Shown: piece after piece, positions 57,676 to 64,000 of the stretch
How the letters are laid out: the number at the start of each line of letters is the position of its first letter
How positions within the stretch are numbered: the stretch's first letter is position 1
IMG/VR virus record: IMGVR_UViG_3300033997_000243
Coordinates: 124,001-188,000 of that record
Strand: one strand, 5' to 3'
Length of the DNA stretch: 64,000 nucleotides
The notes under the pieces: generated by a model
Databases searched by the model: none
What the model was told of the DNA's origin: nothing
Seen by the model: only the letters and a program-made list of their open reading frames with translations
Translations under genes and position numbers: made by a program

Positions 57676-58176
57676 CTAAAAAATTGTTGAAAGTAATTCG
57701 CGCATTGCACGATCTTGTTTGCGCTCTATTTTGTTTGAGCGTCTGGTAAGTGTGGCATGAATAACCAAACTTTCCATAGTCCCCTGAAAAACAGAACCAG
57801 TTCTTCTAACCTGAACAACTTTATTTTCAGCAAAGTTGTGTAGCTCAAGTTTAACTGTTTGACCGTGTTTCATAACACGACGAGCAATACCAGTAAGAAT
57901 ATCGAAAGTAAGATCATATTCTACGCCGTTACGCTCTTTGCACCACAGAAAAAGTTTGTCGTTGGAATAAAAGATTAGACCTTTACGGCTGGCTGTTTTT
58001 GAAAGATTGTACAGCTGCTCTAAAGTAAGATCAAAAATCATACTTGGAACCGTAACATCTGATCCAGCATCAAAGTTGATCTTAAGTTCACCGCTTTGTA
58101 TTTTGAAAACACAACCTTCCATAATTCGCACCAGACGTTTTTCGACTAAAGTGCGCGGTACTTTATTTTTCTTCAT
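57676..58176 (-). CDS. hypothetical protein (basic)
   Basis: AAGGAG RBS. Confidence 0.85.
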   Translation of the reverse strand: MKKNKVPRTLVEKRLVRIMEGCVFKIQSGELKINFDAGSDVTVPSMIFDLTLEQLYNLSKTASRKGLIFYSNDKLFLWCKERNGVEYDLTFDILTGIARRVMKHGQTVKLELHNFAENKVVQVRRTGSVFQGTMESLVIHATLTRRSNKIERKQDRAMRELLSTIF

Positions 58177-58185
58177 GGTATCTCC

Positions 58186-58587
58186 TTAAATGATACGTTT
58201 ATGATCCATATTCATTTGCACAATACAAATGTTTTTTGGCGGTAAAACAATAAGCGTTGCGCTATCCAAACTTATTGCATGTAATTGATCAACAATGTGT
58301 TGAACAAAAAATAAGGGAATGCCATCAACCAAAACATAGTCTGGAACATAACTAGCTTGATTCATAGCATCATCCATGATACAAGCAATCTTTTCAGCTT
58401 GCTTATAAAGCAGTGCTGATGATAACTTTGTATCATCTGATAAAAGGTTTACAACTTCATCAAATAAATCGTAAACTTTTTGCTGAGTAGATTCAGGCAA
58501 AACAAAAGTTACTATTGGAATATCATTCAATTGATCAAAATTCGATGGAACAAAAATACGCCTTGATAGCATAGCGAGTTTAATCAT
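58186..58587 (-). CDS. hypothetical protein (paralog of 53070..53495)
   Basis: Start moved to MIKLAML (GAGG); first gene after promoter P4. Confidence 0.8.
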   Translation of the reverse strand: MIKLAMLSRRIFVPSNFDQLNDIPIVTFVLPESTQQKVYDLFDEVVNLLSDDTKLSSALLYKQAEKIACIMDDAMNQASYVPDYVLVDGIPLFFVQHIVDQLHAISLDSATLIVLPPKNICIVQMNMDHKRII

Positions 58588-58640
58588 AAATACCTCAAAT
58601 TGAGTTAAAACAAGCAAGGTCGTTTCTTGATTTTCTTGGC

Positions 58641-58702
58641 CCTATTATAGCAAAAAGGGGCAGCCGAAGCCACCCCTATTTTTGACACACTTGGATCAGT
58701 TC
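58641..58702 (-). promoter_or_regulatory. sigma70-type promoter/terminator/operator element P4
   Basis: TGGCTT-17-TATAAT with extended TG; GGGGTGGC-TTCG-GCTGCCCC-TTTTT terminator in the spacer; TGATCCAAGTGTGTCAAAAA. Confidence 0.85.
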
Positions 58703-58932
58703 GTTTTTAACGACTCTAATATTTGAAGAATCTTGTGAGCATTGTTATTAATCTCATAAGATTGTCCAACTATAATAATGGAAGCCAAGATTAAAATAGC
58801 TTTGATGAAACGATTGAAAGTAACATCCTTTTCCACGCAAATATTATTCTGCTTAGCATGTATATAGCGAATCACAGTACAAAACAAACAAGCAATAAAG
58901 ATTGAGAACAAAACATTTAAAATATCTTGCAT
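58696..58932 (-). CDS. small 2-TM membrane protein
   Basis: Two hydrophobic segments. Confidence 0.75.
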   Translation of the reverse strand: MQDILNVLFSIFIACLFCTVIRYIHAKQNNICVEKDVTFNRFIKAILILASIIIVGQSYEINNNAHKILQILESLKTN

Positions 58933-58933
58933 T

Positions 58934-59197
58934 TTACGTTTCCAAATTGAATGTGTCTGAATTCCAAATCACTATTGTTTCCAGTACCTTCGGATCATCC
59001 GTAGAGCCTACAGAGAAACTCGCTCCTTTAGCACAATCAGGTAATTCAGCTGGAACCCAAGAAGCCAATCCGATTTTACGATACTCGCCAGCAGAAATAG
59101 AATCTGGAACAAGTCCAAGCTCTTTAATCTCTTGAGTAGTCATAAACTTTTTAGCATTCTGTTTGATATGATCGAAAGAAATAGAATCAGCTGTCAT
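58934..59197 (-). CDS. hypothetical protein
   Basis: Start moved to MTADSIS (GAGGA). Confidence 0.75.
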   Translation of the reverse strand: MTADSISFDHIKQNAKKFMTTQEIKELGLVPDSISAGEYRKIGLASWVPAELPDCAKGASFSVGSTDDPKVLETIVIWNSDTFNLET

Positions 59198-60176
59198 TTT
59201 TATCCTCACAGATGGCATCAAATTTGCCGTAAAAGAAATCGTGATCAATCGTTTTGTTTTGTCTGTTAATAGTTGCAAGAACAAACTTTTCTTTATTCAT
59301 CATTCTAAAAACACGGGTAACTGCGTCATACGAATTACGATTACTTTCTACAATTTTTTGTTTCGACTCTTCTGGCCCTTTGGTTTCATCAAGAACACGG
59401 TGCATAGGATGGGTAACTAAAGTTTCTACACCGTCAATATTTACGAGTCGTACAAAGTTAAATAAACGCTCAAAGACATTTAATTTATCTTCCAGCGTTT
59501 TGTGAAAGGCAATATGAGTTGCCCATTCAGGTATATAATTGTTATCAAACAAATATTGCAGGTCTGGAACAGAGTAAACACCGTAAGCAGATTTCTGTTC
59601 AAATCTAAATGGAGATCTTGTATACTCCAATTCTTTTAAATAAATACGTTCCAGAATGTTAAGGTGAGTGATCTGGAAAAGTCTACTTAAAATTTCGGTC
59701 TGGAACGAAAGATCTTTTTCGTGAGGGAAACCATCGTAACGAAGAATACTACTTAAGCGTTGTTTTCCGTTAGGTGTATCAACTTTCAACCCGTATAAAT
59801 CTTTTATTTCTCGCAACTTTGACCAACCAACGCCGAAATATTTGGTTAGTACATTCAAAATAGGTTTTGGAATAAGAGCTTCTTCTGCTTCATCTTCTTC
59901 CCTTGAAGAGACTAACACATCATGCTGCTCTGCAAAAAAGAATACTTCTAACGGACATTCGTTTATACCGAGTTGTGGATCTTCTTCACGATGCAACCAA
60001 CACAGAGGTCGAATAGAATAGATACCGTAATTTTTTGAAGGTGGTTTTAGTCCAGCACGTAATTCATCAAGTTTGAAAAGTTTAACACCTGCATCAGTTA
60101 AATCATTCAGCATTGAGTATGCGTTTGCCTGATTTTTTATTGCAGCTTGTTCAATACGAAAAATGTTTATATCCAT
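59187..60176 (-). CDS. hypothetical protein (paralog of 60729..61700)
   Basis: YSVPDL...WATHIAF...ERLF..VR.VNIDG....V.HP. Confidence 0.9.
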   Translation of the reverse strand: MDINIFRIEQAAIKNQANAYSMLNDLTDAGVKLFKLDELRAGLKPPSKNYGIYSIRPLCWLHREEDPQLGINECPLEVFFFAEQHDVLVSSREEDEAEEALIPKPILNVLTKYFGVGWSKLREIKDLYGLKVDTPNGKQRLSSILRYDGFPHEKDLSFQTEILSRLFQITHLNILERIYLKELEYTRSPFRFEQKSAYGVYSVPDLQYLFDNNYIPEWATHIAFHKTLEDKLNVFERLFNFVRLVNIDGVETLVTHPMHRVLDETKGPEESKQKIVESNRNSYDAVTRVFRMMNKEKFVLATINRQNKTIDHDFFYGKFDAICEDKNDS

Positions 60177-60220
60177 TTTTATTTCCTTTGGCCTTTGTCG
60201 GCACGTTAGTTTAATATGGT

Positions 60221-60742
60221 TTATCCGCCGTAACTTCCGCCGCTGTGTTTGTAGGCAGTTGCTCCAAATCCACCACGGTTTACAACTCCAGCAGCGGTGA
60301 CTGGAACAGAACTTGGATAAACTTTTGTGTGTCCAGTTTTGCTTGCTACCAGTTCATTTGTTGCTGTACGAAAGCCAGAAGGATCATCTTTTGAACGATA
60401 CAGCGGCTGGCTTTGTACAAAAGAACTTGCATTCGATGGATTGGTGGCACTTGACATATAGCCTGACATATACGGCATATAAACAAAGCCTCCACTACTT
60501 CCAGCGGTTGCCTCGCAATTTCCTGCGCCAAAATCTTCAGCGCAATCTTCTGGTTTTGTGTAACGAGGTGCAACTTGTTTGTGCAGTGCAGTTGCATCAG
60601 CAAAATCTTTCAAACACTTTTCTTTGTTGTAGTATGCAGCACATTGACCAACATTCTCAGACACTACTGGATAAACTGGTTCTTCACAGCCAGCCAATCC
60701 AGCTGTCATTAACACAAGAACAACTTTACTACTGCGCTTCAT
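60221..60742 (-). CDS. DUF1190 / YgiB-family lipoprotein
   Basis: MKRSS + lipobox LAGC; C..A...H...APRY....DC..DFG.GNC, MPYMSGYM, SQPLYRS, RGGFG and Gly/Ser tail. Confidence 0.88.
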   Translation of the reverse strand: MKRSSKVVLVLMTAGLAGCEEPVYPVVSENVGQCAAYYNKEKCLKDFADATALHKQVAPRYTKPEDCAEDFGAGNCEATAGSSGGFVYMPYMSGYMSSATNPSNASSFVQSQPLYRSKDDPSGFRTATNELVASKTGHTKVYPSSVPVTAAGVVNRGGFGATAYKHSGGSYGG

Positions 60743-61700
60743 AGCATTCCTCGAAAGTTTTGTTGTCATATAAAGGTTTAGCAATGTTTAAAAAGAATTC
60801 ATCCATTGTAACAAACTCATATTCATCTTTACGGAAAAAACGGATTGTACGTAAAGATTCTGTATAAGCAACTTTGTTGTGTTCAATAATTTCATTTGCT
60901 TCTCGCAAATACTCGCCATGAATTTTTGAGTTTTCAGTACAGCCAAGTTTACTAAGGTGCTGTGGCGAAGTATTTAAAAATGGTTTGAATTTTGGAACTG
61001 GATGGCGAACCATTAATTGTTCACCATCTAAATTTACGCAACGGGCAAGAACAAACATACGCTCACGTAAGTTTATTTCGGATTCATCAGATTTCATGTA
61101 ACCAACATGAGTGGCCCAAGGCAAAGAATACTGACTCACAATCAAGTCAGTAATATCCTCAACTGAATACTGACAATAATGTTCGGTACGCACTAATCGA
61201 GTTGGCGGTTCCATTGTACTGGATGGTTTGCGAATGAAAAGACGTTCAAGGAATTGAACACGTTGAGCCTTATTACAGAATTCAAAAAGTTGGTCAGGAT
61301 CTAAAACAGTTGAAAGTCGAACCATGACATCATGTTCAGGATGCAAGAAGTTTCCTAAATAAACAAGAACAGCACTTAGCTTGTTTTCATTGATTAGGCT
61401 GGCTGGAACTTTTTCTTCTTTTAGTGTTTTTAGAGCTTGCTTTGAAATGCCTGTTGTCATTGTTGACGGATCAACAGCATCAATTGTCAGTGCAAAGAAT
61501 ATCTTTTCAGTTTGCAACAACAGTTTATTAACTGAATCAGGAGTCTGTGGAAGTAAAGCACCCAACGAAAAGATTGCATTCGCGTACTGACTGACATTAA
61601 AGTTTTTACGCAAATCTTGTGCGCTAAAAAAATTAACACCAGCTGCTTGTAATATTTCACGAAGCTCTAAAGCGATTTCTGTTTTGGTTTTAATAGTCAT
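60729..61700 (-). CDS. hypothetical protein (paralog of 59187..60176)
   Basis: YSVEDI...WATHVGY...ERMF..AR.VNLDG....V.HP; GGAGG RBS. Confidence 0.9.
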   Translation of the reverse strand: MTIKTKTEIALELREILQAAGVNFFSAQDLRKNFNVSQYANAIFSLGALLPQTPDSVNKLLLQTEKIFFALTIDAVDPSTMTTGISKQALKTLKEEKVPASLINENKLSAVLVYLGNFLHPEHDVMVRLSTVLDPDQLFEFCNKAQRVQFLERLFIRKPSSTMEPPTRLVRTEHYCQYSVEDITDLIVSQYSLPWATHVGYMKSDESEINLRERMFVLARCVNLDGEQLMVRHPVPKFKPFLNTSPQHLSKLGCTENSKIHGEYLREANEIIEHNKVAYTESLRTIRFFRKDEYEFVTMDEFFLNIAKPLYDNKTFEECYEAQ

Positions 61701-61735
61701 AGTATGTTGCCTCCATTGGCTCTGTATACATAGTC

Positions 61736-61746
61736 TGATTTACAGT
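61736..61746 (-). promoter_or_regulatory. ACTGTAAATCA intergenic motif, copy 4
   Basis: Exact 11-mer 4 nt after the stop, 36 nt before the next ATG. Confidence 0.55.
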
Positions 61747-61750
61747 ATCA

Positions 61751-62230
61751 TTAAACTAAAGCGAGTTCTTTTGCTTTGGTGATATTCCAACCAAGTTGTT
61801 CAAAATGCTCGGCCAGTGGAATAACTCCTTTACCTGAGTATAACTGTTTTGGAATTTCTCCACCACGGGAAACCAAGATCTCAAGCCAGTGATTTGGACA
61901 GACGACCGCCATAAATTTCTCCATAGCCAGCACAAGATCATCCGGTGTATTTGGATAATCTTCTTCCGTAAATTGAGGCGTATATATAGCATAGCCTTTA
62001 CCGCTATCTATCTTCTGACTTTCTTGAGTTCTTTTCGGTAATAACAATCGATAGTTTTTGTTATCACACAATTGAATAGATGCAAGTTCAAATATATTAC
62101 TGTAGCTAAATTTACCTTCGCTAACATTCATACTGTATACCAGTACGGAAATTTTTTGAGAGCAAACATCTACAATAATCTTTGGATAGTCATCTTCCTT
62201 GTATGGGTTCTTATCGTACTCAAAGTGCAT
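61751..62230 (-). CDS. hypothetical protein
   Basis: GAGGGA RBS. Confidence 0.85.
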   Translation of the reverse strand: MHFEYDKNPYKEDDYPKIIVDVCSQKISVLVYSMNVSEGKFSYSNIFELASIQLCDNKNYRLLLPKRTQESQKIDSGKGYAIYTPQFTEEDYPNTPDDLVLAMEKFMAVVCPNHWLEILVSRGGEIPKQLYSGKGVIPLAEHFEQLGWNITKAKELALV

Positions 62231-62270
62231 TAACTTTCCCTCTGAATATAACCTAAGCTTTTACACTCGC

Positions 62271-62732
62271 TTACTGTTGGTTCGTACCTTCAACACCGCG
62301 CTGTTTGCGATCTTGTGTTCGTGCATCCAACCAATGCAATGCACTTACAATATGTTGCAGCGCTTGTTCATTGGAATTACAAGCGAACGGGCCAGCTTGA
62401 AAACCACGAAGTCGGTGAGCGCATATTACCAAAAGATCTTCCATTTGAATTCCATTGACACCATGTTCGTTGATTGGGCCATTTTGGAAATTAATGGCGG
62501 CAAGACAAATACTTTGTTCACCGTTAAAAGCGCTTACACTGTAAACATGATTTGCATTACCGTGAGTTGGTAAATCGTCAGCAGTTACAATTGTGTACTC
62601 TGTTTTACGAATAGCTAAAACAGCTTGCTTTTGTTCGGCATCGTAATCTTCCATTGCCTGTGTAATCTTTTCAGCAGTAACTTCACCATCTACTGCAATG
62701 AAAATAGTTCCTTTTGTTGGATCATCACTCAT
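62271..62732 (-). CDS. tad1: Tad1-family anti-defence sponge protein (Thoeris gcADPR / cyclic-oligonucleotide binding)
   Basis: GNANHVY...INFQNGP...GVNGI..EDLL.I..HRLRGFQAGPFAC..NE.AL.HI..AL.WL..RT.DR..RGVEGT, the Tad1 signature recognised by eye. Confidence 0.85.
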   Translation of the reverse strand: MSDDPTKGTIFIAVDGEVTAEKITQAMEDYDAEQKQAVLAIRKTEYTIVTADDLPTHGNANHVYSVSAFNGEQSICLAAINFQNGPINEHGVNGIQMEDLLVICAHRLRGFQAGPFACNSNEQALQHIVSALHWLDARTQDRKQRGVEGTNQQ

Positions 62733-63166
62733 TCACTGACCTCGACTTCTTGCAATTGCTCTAAGGGTTCAAAAGTTGATTTGACTCCCATAAGCTTGCG
62801 TACTTGATCCATTGCCATTTCACCACGAACAGGTGTAACGCTTAAATACAAATAGTTGTATTCAGTGTGATCTGGATCTTCTGGATTTACATACTGAAGA
62901 AGTTCACCAGCTTTCCATTGATAATGATACATGCCAACGACTTTTGTTTCTTCCACTGGATTGCTACTGTTTGAAATAGCATTTACTACACGTTCAAACA
63001 GGTCGGCTGAATAACTGGCCTTTGGGTTGTTCAACCACAAACACTTTTTGTCGAAGTCAACATAAGCCGTGAAATCCGGTAAACTGTGGAGACAGTGAAC
63101 TTCTACAGTCCATCCAGCAGATTCTAAAGTTTCTTTGTGTTGCTCAATAATGCCTGAGTATGACAT
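62729..63166 (-). CDS. hypothetical protein (domain shared with 46008..47087)
   Basis: LESAGWTVEV...AYVDFDKKCLWLN. Confidence 0.8.
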   Translation of the reverse strand: MSYSGIIEQHKETLESAGWTVEVHCLHSLPDFTAYVDFDKKCLWLNNPKASYSADLFERVVNAISNSSNPVEETKVVGMYHYQWKAGELLQYVNPEDPDHTEYNYLYLSVTPVRGEMAMDQVRKLMGVKSTFEPLEQLQEVEVSE

Positions 63167-63199
63167 TTGATTTTCCTTCTAATTGGTGGGTTAAAGTTA

Positions 63200-63991
63200 T
63201 TAAATTTTACAGGCTCCGCCTTCGCAATCTTCCATATCTTCATCTTGTGTTTGAATTTCGATTAAAACATCTGGTATTTCCAGAGAATCAAAATCAACTA
63301 AGGCAAAGTCATCGTCTTTACCTGCTTCAGCACTTAAAGGCAATGTTAATACAAGAACTGGTTGATTCATGTTCACATAAATGCCGAATTGTGCATTTAA
63401 GCATGAGTGAGTTTCACCATGATCGCTGACACTGTAACTACCTTCACGGGTAAATGTTCCTAAAGGAGTATCAGCTGGAAAAATGAAGATTTTGTTTCTC
63501 AGATTTTGCATGTGTTTGGGAAATAAGCCGTCTGTTACTAAAGACACTTCAATATCTTTAATTTTCAAATCAGCTATTTCACCATTCTGCACTAACAAAT
63601 GTTGGTTTTTCGGTTGAAAATGGTTAAACCAAGATTCTTGTTCACTGATAGATGAAAATCCAAGTTCACCAGCCAGCATAATAAATTCTACGCTGTCCTC
63701 AAAATCATCTACTGATTTAATAGCTTCGTAAATAGCATCAGGGGTGAATTGTTTTTCAAGATTAAATTGGTGACTCGCACCATCCAATGTCCAAGACATT
63801 ACTCGATTTTCAAATCCAACCCCAATTTGCTTGTCAGCTTCTGCCTCAAGATGTTCATTCGACATAACTATAGAATCACTTCTCGTTGTAATAAAGCCGT
63901 TCAGCTTAACTCGCTTAAAGAATCGGCGCAACAAATTTGCAGGTTGATCCAAGTTATTCAATACGTTAGTTAAAACAGTAGTTTTGTCCAT
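63200..63991 (-). CDS. hypothetical acidic protein ending in an NrdA-like redox tail
   Basis: C-terminus QDEDMEDCEGGACKI; AGGTG RBS. Confidence 0.85.
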   Translation of the reverse strand: MDKTTVLTNVLNNLDQPANLLRRFFKRVKLNGFITTRSDSIVMSNEHLEAEADKQIGVGFENRVMSWTLDGASHQFNLEKQFTPDAIYEAIKSVDDFEDSVEFIMLAGELGFSSISEQESWFNHFQPKNQHLLVQNGEIADLKIKDIEVSLVTDGLFPKHMQNLRNKIFIFPADTPLGTFTREGSYSVSDHGETHSCLNAQFGIYVNMNQPVLVLTLPLSAEAGKDDDFALVDFDSLEIPDVLIEIQTQDEDMEDCEGGACKI

Positions 63992-64000
63992 TTCGCACCT

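Noticed and set aside
1964-63973. All plus-strand ORFs and nested alternative-frame minus ORFs in the track
   Set aside because: They overlap RBS-supported minus-strand genes that already tile the window and lack recognisable RBS or motifs, so they are shadow ORFs
63200-63991. C-terminal piece of a split or intron-interrupted nrdA
   Set aside because: No RNR catalytic or tyrosine-pair motifs precede the tail, and the ORF has its own RBS and start
1-64000. Alternative genetic code (stop-codon reassignment)
   Set aside because: Genes tile densely in code 11, and TAA, TAG and TGA all end genes directly before new RBS/start pairs
1-64000. tRNA/rRNA genes, transposases, integrases, virion genes
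   Set aside because: Intergenic gaps are short (154 nt at most) with no cloverleaf seen, and no such protein motifs were recognised

Overview
This AT-rich window (roughly 35% GC by eye) holds about 108 short, tightly abutting genes, all on the minus strand, most with strong AGGAG/GAGG ribosome-binding sites. I found no virion, DNA-polymerase, rRNA, tRNA, CRISPR or IS features. The layout fits the early/accessory (host-takeover) region of a large lytic or jumbo phage; the DUF1190 and SspB genes, an E. coli-type NrdA-like tail and sigma70-type promoters suggest a gammaproteobacterial host. Products I recognise by eye, with no database search run: a Tad1-family immune-signal sponge, dCMP deaminase with an extra C-terminal domain, an SspB-like ClpXP adaptor, a DUF1190/YgiB lipoprotein, a LemA-like plus TPM-like membrane pair, a half-size PnuC-like protein, two GNATs, AP2 and winged-helix DNA-binding proteins, an HExxH peptidase, a Cys-His-Asp protein and a coiled-coil protein ending in a RelE-like domain. 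Two unexplained patterns stand out. First, several otherwise unknown proteins carry isolated host docking or catalytic fragments (NrdA redox tail CEGGACKI, ClpX-binding LRVVE, a J-domain HPDK mini-peptide, clamp-binding-like tails, orphan helicase and Hint fragments), which may form a mimicry/decoy toolkit. Second, three families of intergenic elements each occur four times: a fixed-geometry operator+hairpin+sigma70 promoter, a covarying hairpin 10-11 nt after stop codons, and an exact ACTGTAAATCA 11-mer. I moved several starts from the ORF track to the RBS-supported codon.
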